DNA from: an uncultured delta proteobacterium
GTDB lineage: Bacteria; Desulfobacterota; BSN033; UBA1163
NCBI GenBank assembly: GCA_963827685.1
Contig: CAWHBU010000001.1
Coordinates: 1 to 64,000, forward strand
Direction: 5' to 3'
DNA: 64,000 bases
A model generated the notes under the pieces. It worked only from the letters and a program-made list of their open reading frames with translations. It did not search any database and had not been told where the DNA came from. Below are positions 11,190-23,629 of the stretch, piece by piece (the first letter of the stretch is position 1; the number at the start of each line of letters is the position of its first letter). Made by a program: the position numbers and the translations under genes.

Positions 11190-11482
11190 TGGCCCGTTCA
11201 ATCAAAAAGGGGCCTTTTGTCGATTCCCATTTGATGAAAAAGGTGGAGGAGGCCCGAAGGACAAAGGAAGCGAGAGTGATCAAGACCTGGACGAGGCGAT
11301 CCACAGTTGTCCCTGAAATGGTTGGGTTGACCTTTGCTGTCCATAACGGGAAAAAGTTTATCCCAGTCTTCGTGACCGAGGAAATGGTCGGACACAAGTT
11401 GGGGGAATTCTCCCCGACCCGAACCTTCCACGGCCATTCCGGAGACCGGAAAACCAAAATTAAAGGGAAGGTTACTCCATAG
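11189..11482 (+). CDS. rpsS: 30S ribosomal protein S19
   Basis: [25 protein letters not shown]. Confidence 0.98.
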   Translation: MARSIKKGPFVDSHLMKKVEEARRTKEARVIKTWTRRSTVVPEMVGLTFAVHNGKKFIPVFVTEEMVGHKLGEFSPTRTFHGHSGDRKTKIKGKVTP

Positions 11483-11497
11483 CGGGTGAACGGCGAG

Positions 11498-11836
11498 ATG
11501 GAAGTGAAAGCAAAATTAAGATTTGTTCGGGTTGGGCCCAGAAAGGCGCAATTGGTAGCCGATCTGATCCGGGGCAAGAGGTCAGAAGAGGCTTTGAACA
11601 TCCTGACTTTTACAAAGAAGGCAGCGGCTAAGATCGTCATCAAATTATTGAAATCGGCCATTGCCAATGCCACCCAAAAGAAGAACATCGATGTGGATCG
11701 CCTTTACGTTAAAAAGATTACGGTGGATCAGGGGCCAACACAGAAACGTTATCAGCCCAGGGCCTTGGGCCGTGCCACCACGATCCGAAAGAGAAGCAGC
11801 CATATTTCCATCGTCTTGGACGAAGGACGAAGCTAG
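11498..11836 (+). CDS. rplV: 50S ribosomal protein L22
   Basis: [21 protein letters not shown]. Confidence 0.98.
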   Translation: MEVKAKLRFVRVGPRKAQLVADLIRGKRSEEALNILTFTKKAAAKIVIKLLKSAIANATQKKNIDVDRLYVKKITVDQGPTQKRYQPRALGRATTIRKRSSHISIVLDEGRS

Positions 11837-11852
11837 GACAGGAGGACGAACC

Positions 11853-12515
11853 TTGGGACAGAAAGTACATCCAATAAGTTTTCGACTGGGAATAATTAAG
11901 TCCTGGGATTCCCGATGGTATGCAGAGAAAGATTATCCTCAACTCCTCATCGAAGATATTCGAATCCGTGACTATCTGAAGAAGAAACTCTACCATGCCG
12001 GGGTCTCCAAGATCGAGATTGAACGGGCTGCCAGCAAGGCGAAAAAGGCCAAGGTCTCCATCTACACCGCCCGGCCCGGCATCATCATCGGGAAAAAGGG
12101 AGCAGAGGTGGAGAACCTGAAAAAGGAACTCCAGAAGATGACCGGCAAAGAAATTTTTATCAATATCCAGGAGGTCAAGAGGGCGGAGATCGATGCCCAA
12201 TTGGTGGCTGAGAATGTGGCCCTCCAGTTGGTTAGACGGGTTGGATTTCGAAGGGCAATGAAGAAGGCCGTGACTTCCGCACTCAAACTGGGCGCGAAGG
12301 GGATCCGGATCGCTTGCGCGGGAAGATTGGGAGGGGCAGAAATGGCCCGCAGAGAATGGTATCGGGAGGGTCGAGTCCCCCTTCATACCCTCAGGGCGGA
12401 TATCGATTTTGGCCTCGCCGAGGCGAAAACCACTTATGGGATCATTGGTGTGAAGGTTTGGATCTTCAGGGGAGAGGTTTTCCCAACAAGAGAAGGAGAA
12501 GAAAAAGTCGCATAA
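11853..12515 (+). CDS. rpsC: 30S ribosomal protein S3
   Basis: TTG start [12 protein letters not shown]; [13 protein letters not shown]. Confidence 0.98.
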   Translation: MGQKVHPISFRLGIIKSWDSRWYAEKDYPQLLIEDIRIRDYLKKKLYHAGVSKIEIERAASKAKKAKVSIYTARPGIIIGKKGAEVENLKKELQKMTGKEIFINIQEVKRAEIDAQLVAENVALQLVRRVGFRRAMKKAVTSALKLGAKGIRIACAGRLGGAEMARREWYREGRVPLHTLRADIDFGLAEAKTTYGIIGVKVWIFRGEVFPTREGEEKVA

Positions 12516-12518
12516 AGC

Positions 12519-12587
12519 AGGTTGAGGTCAAGGCTAAGGTTTAGGATTTAGCCAATTTTTCCTCAACCTTAATCTCAGCCTTAGCCT
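12519..12587 (+). repeat. Hexamer-periodic imperfect inverted repeat
   Basis: aggttg aggtca aggcta aggttt ... cctcaa ccttaa tctcag ccttag cct. Confidence 0.8.
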
Positions 12588-12602
12588 TTTAGGTAACTCA
12601 TT

Positions 12603-13019
12603 ATGTTGATGCCAAAGAAAACAAAATATCGAAAGCAACAAAAGGGAAAGAGAAGAGGGGTTGCTTCTCGTGGAAATACCCTTAACTTTGGTGACTTCGG
12701 ACTCCAGGCGGCAGAATGTGGTTGGTTGACTGCCCGTCAGATTGAAGCCGCACGAATTGCCATGACACGATTCATCAAGCGGACCGGCCGAATCTGGATC
12801 CGCATCTTTCCAGACAAACCGATTACCAAAAAACCTGCAGAAACCCGGATGGGAAAAGGAAAAGGTCCCCCTGAAGACTGGGTGGCCGTCATCCGTCCTG
12901 GCCGAATTCTTTATGAGATGGAAGGGGTTCCTGAAGAAAGGGCCAGGGAGGCATTCCTTTTGGCTTCCCATAAATTGCCGATTCATACAAAGTTCATCAT
13001 GAGGGGGGGCCATCTATGA
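12603..13019 (+). CDS. rplP: 50S ribosomal protein L16
   Basis: [18 protein letters not shown]. Confidence 0.98.
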   Translation: MLMPKKTKYRKQQKGKRRGVASRGNTLNFGDFGLQAAECGWLTARQIEAARIAMTRFIKRTGRIWIRIFPDKPITKKPAETRMGKGKGPPEDWVAVIRPGRILYEMEGVPEERAREAFLLASHKLPIHTKFIMRGGHL

Positions 13020-13216
13020 AGGCAAAGGAGCTTCGCCAACTGAGCGAAGGGGAGTTGCTCGTAAAGGAAAAGGAACTCCATGAGGAGCTCTTCAATCTTC
13101 GCTTTCAGCATGCCACGGGACAGTTGGAGAATGTCATGCGAATCCCTTACGTCAAACGGGATATCGCTCGGGTGAAGACGATCCTGAAGGAGAAGGCTCC
13201 GGACAAAGGAAAATAA
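13016..13216 (+). CDS. rpmC: 50S ribosomal protein L29
   Basis: [16 protein letters not shown]. Confidence 0.97.
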   Translation: MKAKELRQLSEGELLVKEKELHEELFNLRFQHATGQLENVMRIPYVKRDIARVKTILKEKAPDKGK

Positions 13217-13221
13217 AGCCA

Positions 13222-13479
13222 ATGGGAGAGAGAGGCAAGCGAAAAACGTTAACGGGCGTGGTATCAAGCGATAAAATGGATAAGACCGTCGTCGTCATGG
13301 TCAATCGTCTCGTCCTTCACCCTGTCTATAAGAAATATATCCGGAAGAGGACGAAGATAAAGGCCCACGACGAAAAGAATGCATGCCATATTGGAGATAA
13401 GGTTCTATTGATCGAAACCCGTCCGCTTAGCAAAGATAAAAGGTGGCGTGTCAAGGAGGTCCTTGAACGGGCCGCTTGA
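13222..13479 (+). CDS. rpsQ: 30S ribosomal protein S17
   Basis: [25 protein letters not shown]. Confidence 0.98.
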   Translation: MGERGKRKTLTGVVSSDKMDKTVVVMVNRLVLHPVYKKYIRKRTKIKAHDEKNACHIGDKVLLIETRPLSKDKRWRVKEVLERAA

Positions 13480-13485
13480 TGAATT

Positions 13486-13558
13486 GGGAGGTTGAGAGTG
13501 GAAGGTGGAAGGTAGAAAAAAGATTTAACCACTTTCCGCATACTACCCTCCACTTTCC
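13486..13558 (+). repeat. Heptamer-periodic imperfect inverted repeat (GTGGAAG/CTTCCAC type)
   Basis: gagagtggaaggtggaaggtag ... ccactttccgcatactaccctccactttcc. Confidence 0.75.
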
Positions 13559-13573
13559 GGCAGGGAGTGGATC

Positions 13574-13942
13574 ATGATTCAGATGCGGAGTATTCTCGAA
13601 GTCGCCGATAATTCGGGAGCTAAAAAACTGGGGTGCATTAAAGTCCTTGGCGGCACCCGTCGGAAGTATGCCACCTTGGGAGATATCATTGTTGTTTCCG
13701 TCAAAGATGCCCTTCCCAACTCCAAGATTAAAAAAGGGGATGTGGCTCGTGCTGTCATTGTTCGGACGAGGAAAGAAGTGAAACGTCCTGATGGTTCTTA
13801 CATCAAATTTGATGATAACTCGGCTGTCCTCATTAATCCGCAGGGGGATCCTGTTGGGACCCGAATTTTCGGTCCGGTTGCCCGGGAACTTCGGGCCAAA
13901 CGATTTATGAAGATCATCTCCTTGGCTCCGGAGGTCCTCTAA
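13574..13942 (+). CDS. rplN: 50S ribosomal protein L14
   Basis: [21 protein letters not shown]. Confidence 0.99.
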   Translation: MIQMRSILEVADNSGAKKLGCIKVLGGTRRKYATLGDIIVVSVKDALPNSKIKKGDVARAVIVRTRKEVKRPDGSYIKFDDNSAVLINPQGDPVGTRIFGPVARELRAKRFMKIISLAPEVL

Positions 13943-14000
13943 AGGCAGCATCCCTGCACTGCCTGCCGTTAAGCAGGCGTTGGGTGAAAAGGAATTTAAA

Positions 14001-14330
14001 ATGATCGGCCCAAAATATCACATCAAAAAGAATGACCTGGTCATGGTCATCAACGGAAAGGAGAAGGGCAAGAGTGGTCGAGTTCTGAGAGTCCTCCCGG
14101 AGAAGGAGAAGGTGCTGGTTGAAAAGATCAATTTCGTCAAGAGGCATTCTCGCCCCCACGGAACACAGAGACAGGGAGGAATCTTGGAAAAGGAATCACC
14201 TCTCCATCTCTCTAATGTGATGCTCCTCTGTGAAAAATGCAATAAACCCATTCGGATCGGACATCGCGTCATGGAAGATGGAAAGAAGGCGCGGTTCTGT
14301 CGAAAATGTGGTGAATTTTTGGATAAGTAG
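14001..14330 (+). CDS. rplX: 50S ribosomal protein L24
   Basis: [19 protein letters not shown]; C-terminal Cys pairs. Confidence 0.97.
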   Translation: MIGPKYHIKKNDLVMVINGKEKGKSGRVLRVLPEKEKVLVEKINFVKRHSRPHGTQRQGGILEKESPLHLSNVMLLCEKCNKPIRIGHRVMEDGKKARFCRKCGEFLDK

Positions 14331-14338
14331 GTGATCGA

Positions 14339-14878
14339 ATGGCCAAGTTTAAAGAGGGTTACGAGAAAAAAGCAGTGCCTGCGTTGATGAAGCGGTTCAA
14401 CTACAAAAATCGGATGGAAGTCCCTAAGCTGGAGAAGATTGTAATCAATATGGGATTGGGAGAGGCCATCCAGAATATAAAAATTCTCGACTCCGCGGTT
14501 CAAGAACTCAGTCAGATCACCGGGCAGAAGCCCGTCATTACGAAGGCGAAAAAATCGATTGCCCAATTCAAATTGAGAACGGGGATGCCCATTGGATGCA
14601 TGGTTACTCTTCGGAAAGAGAGGATGTACGAATTTTTCAACCGCTTGGTCAATGTCACTCTCCCGAGGGTGAGAGACTTCAAGGGGCTCTCTGGAAAGTC
14701 TTTCGATGGAAGGGGGAATTATGCTCTCGGAATTCGTGAACAACTGATCTTCCCAGAAATTCATTACGATAAAATTGACAAGGTAAAAGGGATGAATATT
14801 GTCATTGTGACTACAGCCAAAACCGATGAAGAAGGAAAGGAACTGCTGAAGTTACTGGGGATGCCCTTTAGAAATTAA
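14339..14878 (+). CDS. rplE: 50S ribosomal protein L5
   Basis: [19 protein letters not shown]. Confidence 0.99.
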   Translation: MAKFKEGYEKKAVPALMKRFNYKNRMEVPKLEKIVINMGLGEAIQNIKILDSAVQELSQITGQKPVITKAKKSIAQFKLRTGMPIGCMVTLRKERMYEFFNRLVNVTLPRVRDFKGLSGKSFDGRGNYALGIREQLIFPEIHYDKIDKVKGMNIVIVTTAKTDEEGKELLKLLGMPFRN

Positions 14879-14914
14879 AAAACGCTAAGCGCATAGCGGT
14901 ACCAGGAGGAAAAA

Positions 14915-15100
14915 TTGGCGAAACTTTCGTTGATGAATAAGGCGAAAAGGCCACAGAAATTCAAGGTACGCGAATACCATCGATGTCCTCTCTGCGGAAG
15001 GCCGAGGGCTTACTATCGAAAATTTAACATGTGCCGGCTCTGTTTAAGAAAATATGCCTCCCGAGGTGAGATCCCTGGGATGATCAAATCCAGCTGGTGA
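14915..15100 (+). CDS. rpsN: 30S ribosomal protein S14, zinc-binding type Z
   Basis: [21 protein letters not shown]; TTG start. Confidence 0.97.
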   Translation: MAKLSLMNKAKRPQKFKVREYHRCPLCGRPRAYYRKFNMCRLCLRKYASRGEIPGMIKSSW

Positions 15101-15117
15101 CAGATACGGGGGTTTGT

Positions 15118-15516
15118 ATGTCCATGACCGATCCGATAGCCGATATGTTTACACGAATTCGCAATGGATCTAAAGCGAAATTCGAGAAGGTGGATGTCCC
15201 CTCCTCCAAAATGAAACGAGAGATCGCAAAGATTTTAAAGGAGGAAGGCTTTATTAAGAACTTTAAAGTTGTCACGGATGATCAGCACCATGAGATGATC
15301 CGAATCTTTCTCAAATATGATGCCACCCGAAAGGAGGTCATTCATCTCCGACGGATCAGCAAACCTGGACGGAGGGTTTATGTGGGAAGAGATGGCATTC
15401 CCTCTGTCATGAGTGGATTAGGATTCTCAATCCTCTCCACCTCAAAAGGAATCTTGACGGATAAATCTGCCCGAAAGGCCGATGTGGGGGGAGAAGTCCT
15501 GTGTTATGTCTGGTAA
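15118..15516 (+). CDS. rpsH: 30S ribosomal protein S8
   Basis: [23 protein letters not shown]. Confidence 0.98.
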   Translation: MSMTDPIADMFTRIRNGSKAKFEKVDVPSSKMKREIAKILKEEGFIKNFKVVTDDQHHEMIRIFLKYDATRKEVIHLRRISKPGRRVYVGRDGIPSVMSGLGFSILSTSKGILTDKSARKADVGGEVLCYVW

Positions 15517-15564
15517 CGTTAAAGTATATTTAAACTTGCAACTTGAATTATAATCGTTGCGGAT

Positions 15565-15699
15565 AAGCACCAAATGACAAGCACCAAATACCAAACAAAT
15601 TCCAATGACCGAAATTCGAAATATCAAACTAATTCTTTTGGTCATTTGGATTTGGCGTTTGGGATTTATTTGAGATTTGGAGTTTGGGATTTGGAATTT
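15565..15699 (+). repeat. Heptamer-periodic inverted repeat, copy 2
   Basis: aagcaccaaatgacaagcaccaaataccaaa ... atttggagtttgggatttggaattt. Confidence 0.85.
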
Positions 15700-15709
15700 G
15701 AGGTATAGG

Positions 15710-16246
15710 ATGTCTCGTATCGGAAAGATGCCCATTACAATACCGAAGGAAGTGAAGGTCGCCTGTGATCCGTCAAAGGTGGAGGTGACAGGACCCAAAG
15801 GTCTTCTCACCCACCCTCTCCCGCAAGGGATTTCGGCTTCCGTGGACGGAGGAAAGATTTTCGTTCACCGCGCCGATGACCAACGAACCTCCAGAGCGCT
15901 TCAAGGTTTGATGCGAAGTCTTATCGCCAATATGGTCACTGGAATCACCAAAGGATTTGAAAAAAAACTTGAGATCGTGGGAGTCGGTTTCCGGGCAGAG
16001 CTTCAGGGCAACGCCCTCAAGCTCGCCCTGGGATATTCTCACCCCATTCTCTATCCCGTTCCTAAGGGAATCAAAGTGGAGATAGAAAAACAAACTCTCC
16101 TCACGGTGAAAGGGATGGACAGGCAACAGGTGGGAATTGTTGCCGCCCAACTTCGTTCGATCAAACCACCCGAACCCTACAAGGGAAAAGGAATAAGATA
16201 CCTCGGTGAACGCATCCGTAAGAAGGTCGGGAAGACCAAAGCCTAA
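15710..16246 (+). CDS. rplF: 50S ribosomal protein L6
   Basis: [17 protein letters not shown]. Confidence 0.98.
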   Translation: MSRIGKMPITIPKEVKVACDPSKVEVTGPKGLLTHPLPQGISASVDGGKIFVHRADDQRTSRALQGLMRSLIANMVTGITKGFEKKLEIVGVGFRAELQGNALKLALGYSHPILYPVPKGIKVEIEKQTLLTVKGMDRQQVGIVAAQLRSIKPPEPYKGKGIRYLGERIRKKVGKTKA

Positions 16247-16254
16247 TAAATAAA

Positions 16255-16316
16255 CCTGTCCCGCAAAGCGGGACAGGCCTGCCTACCCTGCCTACCGGCA
16301 GGCAGGCGCAGGCAGG
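16255..16316. repeat. Cluster of CCTG...CAGG micro-palindromes, one nested in another
   Basis: cctgtcccgcaaagcgggacagg then cctgcctac[cctgcctaccggcaggcagg]cgcaggcagg. Confidence 0.8.
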
Positions 16317-16326
16317 AAGGAGTACC

Positions 16327-16686
16327 TTGAAAGACAGAAAGAAGTTAGCCAGATTAAAGAGGAAGAAGAGAGTGAGGAGCCATGTCATTGGAACCTCTGA
16401 GCGTCCTCGCCTCAATGTCTTCCGAAGTCTGAAGCATATTTATGCCCAAGCTATTGAAGATACGACAGGGAAGACCCTGGCGAGCGCCTCCACAAAGAGC
16501 CCTGAACTGAAAGGTCTTCGTTATCCTGGAAACGTGGAAGCAGCAAAGAAAGTTGGAGAACTAATTGCCAAGAAGTGCCTTGAAAAGGGAATTCAAAAAG
16601 TGGTCTTTGATCGAAGTGGATATCTTTATCATGGCAGGATTAAGGCATTAGCCGAAGCTGCCAGAGCAACTGGTTTGATCTTTTAA
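16327..16686 (+). CDS. rplR: 50S ribosomal protein L18
   Basis: [28 protein letters not shown]. Confidence 0.98.
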   Translation: MKDRKKLARLKRKKRVRSHVIGTSERPRLNVFRSLKHIYAQAIEDTTGKTLASASTKSPELKGLRYPGNVEAAKKVGELIAKKCLEKGIQKVVFDRSGYLYHGRIKALAEAARATGLIF

Positions 16687-16710
16687 GAGATTTCTGAAGA
16701 AGTCAGAAAT

Positions 16711-16810
16711 CTCTGATTACACCGATTATAAAACGATTACACAGATGAGAAACAAATTCAAAATAAAGAAAAATCCGTGTAATCATTTTTTGAAATCTGA
16801 GTAATCAGAG
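16711..16810 (+). repeat. GATTACACAGAT/ATCTGTGTAATC hairpin element without an ORF
   Basis: Perfect 10-bp terminal IR ctctgattac/gtaatcagag; two motif copies per arm; same motif follows the GxxExxY gene. Confidence 0.8.
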
Positions 16811-16859
16811 GGCTCTGACAAAAGGGTTTTCAGAGACCTCTTTAATGGAGGGAAAGACA

Positions 16860-17354
16860 TTGCCGAAAATTGATCCAAGTGCGTTGGAATTAACCGATCG
16901 GGTGGTTCATATCAACCGGGTAGCCAAAGTGGTGAAGGGAGGGAGACGATTCAGCTTCAGCGCCTTGGTAGTGGTCGGAGATGGAAACGGCCATGTGGGA
17001 AGCGGGTTGGGGAAAGCCAATGAGGTCCCAGAGGCCATCCGAAAAGGGATTGAACATGCGAAACGGAACTTGACCAAGGTTCCCATCATTAATAAAACGA
17101 TCCCCTATGAGGTAATGGGAAAATTTGGGGCAGCTAAAGTGCTGCTCAAACCGGCCTCCGAGGGAACGGGCGTCATTGCCGGTGCATCCGTCAGGGCTAT
17201 TGCTGAGTCTGCAGGGATCCAAAACATTTTGACAAAATCTCTCGGATCGAACAACCCTTACAATCTGATCAAAGCGACCCTGCAAGCCATCAGCCAATTG
17301 AAGGCTCCTGAAGAGGTGGTTGATAAGCGGCGTGAAACGGCAACGGAAAACTAA
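16860..17354 (+). CDS. rpsE: 30S ribosomal protein S5
   Basis: [15 protein letters not shown]; start TTG 16860 or ATG 16845. Confidence 0.98.
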   Translation: MPKIDPSALELTDRVVHINRVAKVVKGGRRFSFSALVVVGDGNGHVGSGLGKANEVPEAIRKGIEHAKRNLTKVPIINKTIPYEVMGKFGAAKVLLKPASEGTGVIAGASVRAIAESAGIQNILTKSLGSNNPYNLIKATLQAISQLKAPEEVVDKRRETATEN

Positions 17355-17364
17355 GGAATCCAAT

Positions 17365-17544
17365 ATGGATAAAACGATTACCGTCAAATGGGTCAGGAGT
17401 GTCATTGGGCGAATCGACGACCAGAAGAAGACCATTCGGGGCCTTGGGTTTAAACGACTCCATCAAACCCTTACGTTGCCGGACCGACCCGAGATCCGGG
17501 GAATGATTAATCGCGTCCTTCATTTGGTAGAAGTGAAGGAGTAA
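17365..17544 (+). CDS. rpmD: 50S ribosomal protein L30
   Basis: RSVIGR...[12 protein letters not shown]. Confidence 0.96.
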   Translation: MDKTITVKWVRSVIGRIDDQKKTIRGLGFKRLHQTLTLPDRPEIRGMINRVLHLVEVKE

Positions 17545-17561
17545 TGTCGAGGGGAGCGCGG

Positions 17562-18005
17562 ATGAGATTAGATGAGTTGAAACCTCCGAAAGGATCGAGA
17601 AAGAAGGAAAAACGGGTGGGGAGAGGCATTGGATCCGGCCATGGCAAAACTGCCTGCAAAGGATCGAAGGGTCAGAATTCCCGCTCCGGAAGAGGAACCA
17701 AAGCGGGTTTTGAGGGAGGCCAGATGCCCCTCCAGCGACGCCTTCCCAAGAAGGGGTTTCGTTCCCCTTTTAAAAAACGCTTCGCCATCATCCATGTGGG
17801 AGACCTCAATCGTTTCCCGAAAGATACGGTGGTGGAACCCGTTCTCTTGGTTCAATCCGGCCTTCTAAAAAAAGAAGAATCGGTAAAGCTCCTCTCAGAT
17901 GGAGAGCTTCAGCATCCTTTGACCATCCGTGTCCATCAGGCGAGCAAGGCAGCCCTTAAAAAAGTTCAAAGTGTTTTAGGAAAGGTGGAGGTCATTGGCT
18001 CATGA
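17562..18005 (+). CDS. rplO: 50S ribosomal protein L15
   Basis: [28 protein letters not shown]. Confidence 0.98.
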   Translation: MRLDELKPPKGSRKKEKRVGRGIGSGHGKTACKGSKGQNSRSGRGTKAGFEGGQMPLQRRLPKKGFRSPFKKRFAIIHVGDLNRFPKDTVVEPVLLVQSGLLKKEESVKLLSDGELQHPLTIRVHQASKAALKKVQSVLGKVEVIGS

Positions 18006-19330
18006 TTTCAGGGGCCCAGAACATCTTCAAAATACCAGAACTCAAAAGAAGGATACTGTGGAGCCTCGCCTTCTTGGCGATCTATCGTATTGGTGTCCAC
18101 ATTCCCACGCCTGGAATTAACGGAGATGCTTTGGCCTCTTTCTTTGCCCAGCAAAAGGGAACGATCTTTGGCCTCATTGATATGTTCTCAGGAGGGGCCT
18201 TGGAGAGGCTCTCCGTCTTTGCCCTGGGCATTATGCCTTATATCAGCGCTTCGATCATCCTTCAGCTTCTTACCGTGGTCATTCCCTATCTCGCCCAGCT
18301 TCAAAAAGAGGGGGAGATCGGCCGAAAAAAGATCGTCCAATATACTCGTTACGGAACGGTTGTTCTCAGCATGATCCAGGGATTTGGGATCGCCGTCGGC
18401 TTGGAGAAGATGACGGGGGCGGCAGGCGAGATGGTCGTCATGGTTCCTGGATGGTCCTTCCGAATCCTGACCGTCATCACCTTGACCGCTGGCACTGCCT
18501 TCATCATGTGGCTGGGCGAACAAATTACGGAAAGAGGAATTGGCAACGGCATCTCCCTGATCATCTTTGCGGGGATTGTCGCCAGAATGCCCAATGCCGT
18601 GGCCAGCACGTATGAATACTTCAGATTGGGGCAGATGAACATCATCACCGTCCTTTTCTTGATTATCCTAATGGTATTTGTGGTGGCAGTGATTATCTTT
18701 GTTGAAACCGGTCAACGGAGGCTGCCTGTCCAATACGCAAAACGGATTGTGGGAAGAAGGGTCTATGGCGGCCAGAGCACGCATCTTCCACTCAAATTGA
18801 ACACCGCGGGCGTCATCCCTCCTATCTTTGCCTCCTCGATCCTGTTGTTTCCGGCGACGATTGCCGGCTTTGCGCCAAAGCATTGGTTAGAAATCCATCC
18901 TTGGGTTAATGCGATCTTAGAAAACTTGAGTCGTGGTGGGTATATCTACAATCTCCTCTATGTGGGATTCATTTTCTTCTTCTGCTATTTTTATACGGCC
19001 GTCACCTTCAACCCGAATGATGTTGCCGATAATATGAAAAAATTTGGCGGTTATATCCCCGGCATCCGTCCCGGGCAGAAGACCGCTGAATATATTGATA
19101 AGGTGCTTACGCGGATCACCCTTGGAGGAGCGATTTATGTCTCGGCCATCTGTGTCCTGCCAACAATCCTCTATAGCAGATTTAATGTCTCCTTTTATTT
19201 TGGAGGGACATCCCTCCTAATCGTGGTCGGCGTAGCCCTGGACACCGTTCAGCAGATTGAAGCCCATATGCTCTCAAGGCACTACGAAGGGTTGATGAAA
19301 AAAGGACGATTGAAGGGGAGAAGGGGGTAA
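18002..19330 (+). CDS. secY: Preprotein translocase subunit SecY
   Basis: [32 protein letters not shown]. Confidence 0.99.
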   Translation: MISGAQNIFKIPELKRRILWSLAFLAIYRIGVHIPTPGINGDALASFFAQQKGTIFGLIDMFSGGALERLSVFALGIMPYISASIILQLLTVVIPYLAQLQKEGEIGRKKIVQYTRYGTVVLSMIQGFGIAVGLEKMTGAAGEMVVMVPGWSFRILTVITLTAGTAFIMWLGEQITERGIGNGISLIIFAGIVARMPNAVASTYEYFRLGQMNIITVLFLIILMVFVVAVIIFVETGQRRLPVQYAKRIVGRRVYGGQSTHLPLKLNTAGVIPPIFASSILLFPATIAGFAPKHWLEIHPWVNAILENLSRGGYIYNLLYVGFIFFFCYFYTAVTFNPNDVADNMKKFGGYIPGIRPGQKTAEYIDKVLTRITLGGAIYVSAICVLPTILYSRFNVSFYFGGTSLLIVVGVALDTVQQIEAHMLSRHYEGLMKKGRLKGRRG

Positions 19331-19337
19331 TCAAAAC

Positions 19338-19430
19338 ATTGCAAAATGTAAATTTTAAATTGCAAACTGCAAAGTTTTCGTCTTTTTTCTTTAATTCGCA
19401 TTTTTCATTTTGCAATTTTCAATTCGCAAT
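19338..19430 (+). repeat. Heptamer-periodic imperfect inverted repeat (TGCAAAA/TTTTGCA type)
   Basis: attgcaaaatgtaaattttaaattgcaaactgcaaa ... ttcgcatttttcattttgcaattttcaattcgcaatg. Confidence 0.8.
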
Positions 19431-19440
19431 GAGGGGTTAA

Positions 19441-20094
19441 ATGAATCTTATTCTATTAGGCCCTCCTGGGGCAGGAAAAGGGACTCAGGCCCAAAGGATG
19501 GTGGAACGGTATCACGTCCCACAGATCTCCACCGGAGATATTCTGAGGGCAGCGGTGAAGGAGAGCACCCCTTTGGGAATGAAGGCGAAGGGATTTATGG
19601 ATCGAGGGCAACTCGTTCCAGATGAAATCGTCATCGGAACCATTGAGGAGCGTCTGAAAGCAAAAGATTGTCACCCAGGCTTTATCCTCGATGGTTTTCC
19701 AAGGACGATTCCTCAAGCCGAGGCGCTTCATCCGATCCTCACCAAAATCGGAAAGAAGATTGACTACGTCATCAACATTGAAGTGGAATCCGAAGAATTG
19801 GTGCGCCGGCTGACCGGAAGGAGAACCTGCAAAAACTGCGGGGTGATGTTTCACCTCCTTTTCCAGCCACCGAAAAAAGAAGGGATTTGCGATCGGTGTG
19901 GGGGGCCGCTTTACCAACGTGCAGACGACAATGAAGAAACCATCCGAACACGGTTGAAGGAATATGAGAAGCAGACCGCCCCTCTTATCCAGTATTATCG
20001 GGGTAAAAAAGCTCTTCGCTCAATTCAAGGAATGGGTGGACCCGATCAAATTTTTGATCAAATCGTGCGTCTATTAGACGCCACACCCGTTTAA
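19441..20094 (+). CDS. adk: Adenylate kinase with zinc lid
   Basis: [22 protein letters not shown]...CDRC. Confidence 0.98.
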   Translation: MNLILLGPPGAGKGTQAQRMVERYHVPQISTGDILRAAVKESTPLGMKAKGFMDRGQLVPDEIVIGTIEERLKAKDCHPGFILDGFPRTIPQAEALHPILTKIGKKIDYVINIEVESEELVRRLTGRRTCKNCGVMFHLLFQPPKKEGICDRCGGPLYQRADDNEETIRTRLKEYEKQTAPLIQYYRGKKALRSIQGMGGPDQIFDQIVRLLDATPV

Positions 20095-20113
20095 GGGTGC
20101 GGATGGAGAGGTT

Positions 20114-20332
<219 letters not shown>

Positions 20333-20335
20333 ACT

Positions 20336-20449
20336 GTGAAAGTCCGGGCATCGGTCAAGAAAATCTGCGACAAGTGTAAAATTGTAAAACGAAAAGGGGT
20401 GATCCGGGTGATCTGTGAAAACCCCAAGCACAAACAAAGACAGGGATAA
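20336..20449 (+). CDS. rpmJ: 50S ribosomal protein L36 (absent from ORF track)
   Basis: Manual translation from GTG: [37 protein letters not shown]. Confidence 0.97.
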   Translation: MKVRASVKKICDKCKIVKRKGVIRVICENPKHKQRQG

Positions 20450-20454
20450 TAAGG

Positions 20455-20615
20455 AATAACCTAATTCTAAGCCCTACACCTAAATAGGGTGCAGGGCAAG
20501 CACCAATATCCAAATAATGACCAAAATTTCTTGGTTTGATTTATTTGATGATTTGAACATTGCATAATTGGAAATTATTTGGGATTTGGGATTTGTGATT
20601 TGGATATTGGAATTT
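20455..20615 (+). repeat. Heptamer-periodic inverted repeat, copy 3, with a palindrome inserted at 20471-20497
   Basis: caagcaccaatatccaaataa ... aattatttgggatttgggatttgtgatttggatattggaattt. Confidence 0.8.
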
Positions 20616-20631
20616 AGCAAAGGGGTATACT

Positions 20632-21027
20632 ATGGCACGTATTGCAGGAGTCGATCTTCCAAAGGATAAACGGGTGGAGATTGCCCTCACGTATATCTAT
20701 GGAATTGCAAGACCCTCATCCAATAAAATTCTCGAAAAAGCGAACATCCATAAGGATACCAAAGTGAACAAGCTCACTGAGGCAGAGGTGGTTCGCATCC
20801 GAGATATTATTGATCAGGAATACAAGGTGGAGGGAGATCTCCGACGGGATGTTGCCACCAACATCAAACGATTAATGGATATTGGTTCCTACAGAGGGCT
20901 TCGCCATCGAAAATCTCTGCCCCTTCGCGGTCAAAGGACTCACACCAACGCCAGGACTCGAAAAGGACCACGCCGGGCCATCATTGGAAAGAAAAAAGAG
21001 AAGGAATCGTCGAGTAAACCCCGTTAG
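20632..21027 (+). CDS. rpsM: 30S ribosomal protein S13
   Basis: [24 protein letters not shown]. Confidence 0.99.
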   Translation: MARIAGVDLPKDKRVEIALTYIYGIARPSSNKILEKANIHKDTKVNKLTEAEVVRIRDIIDQEYKVEGDLRRDVATNIKRLMDIGSYRGLRHRKSLPLRGQRTHTNARTRKGPRRAIIGKKKEKESSSKPR

Positions 21028-21123
21028 AAAATTTGAACGGGGCTTTGACCTGGAATAGACATTTTATGAAGTTCATACGGTTTAAATGACATGGCTTATC
21101 TCTAACAGGGTAAAGGAGGAGTT

Positions 21124-21513
21124 ATGCCCAAGGGGCAGGGAATAAAGAAAAAGAAGGTTAAGAAAAATATTCAGACTGGAGTTGCTCACATCCAGGCGAC
21201 ATTCAACAACACCATCATCACCATTACCGATCCAGAGGGAAATGTGATCACCTGGTCCAGCGCCGGCACACAAGGTTTCAAGGGCTCCCGCAAAAGTACC
21301 CCCTTTGCCGCGCAAATGGCAGCAGAGGATGCGGCCAAAAAGGCCATGGAGCATGGGGTTCGATCCATTGATGTCTATGTAAAGGGTCCAGGCGCTGGAA
21401 GGGAATCGGCACTGCGGTCGCTTCAGGCAGCTGGCTTGAGAGTTCACCTCATTAAGGACGTCACGCCTATTCCCCACAATGGATGTCGCCCTCCTAAGCG
21501 GAGGCGCGTCTAA
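21124..21513 (+). CDS. rpsK: 30S ribosomal protein S11
   Basis: [30 protein letters not shown]. Confidence 0.99.
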   Translation: MPKGQGIKKKKVKKNIQTGVAHIQATFNNTIITITDPEGNVITWSSAGTQGFKGSRKSTPFAAQMAAEDAAKKAMEHGVRSIDVYVKGPGAGRESALRSLQAAGLRVHLIKDVTPIPHNGCRPPKRRRV

Positions 21514-21535
21514 GACCGCGTCTGATTGAGAGTGG

Positions 21536-21904
21536 ATGGAAGTAATTCATTCAATTACGGAGAGTATAATCGGATGTTGCTTTGAAATTCACCGAGAAAT
21601 AGGACCCGGATTCAATGAAAAGATTTACCATAATGCGTTTAAGTTATTATTTGAGCAGAAGGGTCTCCGATACGAAACAGAAAGGGAATTTGAAGTCTTT
21701 TACCTTGACAAAAAGGTCGGTAGCTTTAGGGCAGATTTAGTAGTCGAAAACCAAGTCATTGTGGAAATAAAATCTTTGGCGGGAAATATTCCCACTATTT
21801 TTGAACATCAACTTATTTCATATTTAAAGGCGTCAGGGCTCCATGTGGGTTTATTGATTAATTTTGGCAATAAAAGCTGTCAAGTAAAACGAGTGGTGTT
21901 CTGA
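21536..21904 (+). CDS. GxxExxY protein (PD-(D/E)xK-like)
   Basis: GPGFNEKIY, RADLVVENQVIVEIK, QLISYLK, GLLINFG. Confidence 0.93.
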   Translation: MEVIHSITESIIGCCFEIHREIGPGFNEKIYHNAFKLLFEQKGLRYETEREFEVFYLDKKVGSFRADLVVENQVIVEIKSLAGNIPTIFEHQLISYLKASGLHVGLLINFGNKSCQVKRVVF

Positions 21905-21940
21905 TCTGTGTAATCTGGAAGTATTAATCTGTGTAATCAG
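21904..21940 (+). repeat. Two ATCTGTGTAATC motifs downstream of the GxxExxY gene
   Basis: Identical 12-mers at 21904-21915 and 21927-21938. Confidence 0.85.
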
Positions 21941-21961
21941 CCTTAGGGCAGGAGGTTAGCG

Positions 21962-22588
21962 TTGGCAAGATATACGAAAACGAATTGTCGGCTTTGTCGA
22001 AGAGAAAATCTCAAGCTCTTCCTCAAAGGGGAGAGGTGCTATACGGAGAAGTGTGCCTACGACCGGAGGAATTACCCTCCTGGACAGCATGGTCAGGATC
22101 GGAAAAAGTTCTCAGCTTACGGAACTCAGCTTCGGGAAAAACAGAAAGTGAAAAGGATGTATGGGATTTTGGAAAACCAATTCCGTAACATTTTTAAAGA
22201 AGCGGATCGGCAAAAGGGGATTACCGGAGAAACCCTCCTTGCTCTTTTGGAAAGGAGATTAGACAACATCGTCTACCGACTCGGTTTTGCCAATTCAAGA
22301 GACGAAGCACGTCAGCTCGTTCGACATAACCATTTCTTGGTCAACCAGTCCAAAGTAAACATTCCTTCCTATCTCGTGAAGCCCGGGGATGTCATCGAGC
22401 TCAGGGAGAAGAGCAAGAAAGTGGTACGTATCTTGGAGGCTTTGGAAGGGGTGGCTCGGCGAGGTGTGCCTCAATGGTTGGAATTGGATAAAGATCAGAT
22501 GAAGGGGAGTGTGAAAGGTCTGCCCACCCGCGACGACATCACCATCCCCATCCAAGAGAAGTTGATCGTCGAGTTGTACTCAAAGTAA
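21962..22588 (+). CDS. rpsD: 30S ribosomal protein S4
   Basis: [24 protein letters not shown]; TTG start. Confidence 0.98.
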   Translation: MARYTKTNCRLCRRENLKLFLKGERCYTEKCAYDRRNYPPGQHGQDRKKFSAYGTQLREKQKVKRMYGILENQFRNIFKEADRQKGITGETLLALLERRLDNIVYRLGFANSRDEARQLVRHNHFLVNQSKVNIPSYLVKPGDVIELREKSKKVVRILEALEGVARRGVPQWLELDKDQMKGSVKGLPTRDDITIPIQEKLIVELYSK

Positions 22589-22600
22589 TTTGGAGGCGAT

Positions 22601-23620
22601 ATGCAAAAAAGTTGGAAAGACCTGATTCGACCCAAACGGTTGGAAGTAGAAAAAGAAACACTCACACCCTTTTATGGAAAATTCACGGCGGAGCCCTTTG
22701 AAAGAGGTTTCGGCATTACGATTGGAAATTCTCTTCGACGAATCCTCCTCTCTTCCTTGCAAGGGGCGGCAATTACCTCGGTTAAAATTGACGGCGTGCT
22801 CCACGAATTTTCGACCATCCCCGGGACCAAAGAGGATAGCACCGAGATCATCCTCAACCTCAAAGAGGTAAGGTTAAAGCTTCATACCGAAGGTTCGAAA
22901 ACCATCCGGGTGAAGGCGGAAGGTCCCAAAGTGCTTAAGGCAGGGGATATCCTGACAGGCGATGCGGTGGAAATCCTTAACCCAGACCATTACATTGCCA
23001 CGCTTTCTCGAGATGGCAAACTTTCCATGGAGATAGTGGTGAAGGTGGGGAGGGGTTATGTTCCAGCAGAGCGAAACAAGGAGGAGAGCCAACCCATCGG
23101 CACCATTCCTATGGATGCCATCTTTTCTCCGATCAAGAAGGTGAATTACACCGTGACCAATGCCCGGGTGGGACAGATCACCGATTATGATAAGTTGACC
23201 ATGGAGGTCTGGACCGACGGAAGTTTGAATCCAGAAGAAGCCGTCGCTCACGCGGCAAAGATTTTGAAAGATCAACTCTCCATCTTCATCACCTTTGAAG
23301 AAGAGGAAGAGGCAGAGATGTCCTATCCTGAAAATGAGGAGGAAAAGGAAGCCCTTAATGAAAATCTCCTCCGAAGCGTGGATGAATTAGAACTCTCCGT
23401 CCGATCCGCCAACTGTCTGAAGCATGCGAACATCAAGCTGATCGGAGATCTGGTTCAAAAAACTGAGGCAGAAATCTTGGCCACCAAGAACTTTGGCCGA
23501 AAATCCCTCAACGAAATCAAGGACATTTTGACCGAAATGGGGCTTAGTTTGGGAATGAAATTAGATAATTGGCCCCCCAAGAAATCTGAAGAGGAAATGG
23601 AATTAGGAGCAATTGGATAG
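22601..23620 (+). CDS. rpoA: RNA polymerase subunit alpha
   Basis: [33 protein letters not shown]. Confidence 0.99.
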   Translation: MQKSWKDLIRPKRLEVEKETLTPFYGKFTAEPFERGFGITIGNSLRRILLSSLQGAAITSVKIDGVLHEFSTIPGTKEDSTEIILNLKEVRLKLHTEGSKTIRVKAEGPKVLKAGDILTGDAVEILNPDHYIATLSRDGKLSMEIVVKVGRGYVPAERNKEESQPIGTIPMDAIFSPIKKVNYTVTNARVGQITDYDKLTMEVWTDGSLNPEEAVAHAAKILKDQLSIFITFEEEEEAEMSYPENEEEKEALNENLLRSVDELELSVRSANCLKHANIKLIGDLVQKTEAEILATKNFGRKSLNEIKDILTEMGLSLGMKLDNWPPKKSEEEMELGAIG

Positions 23621-23629
23621 GAGTCAGGA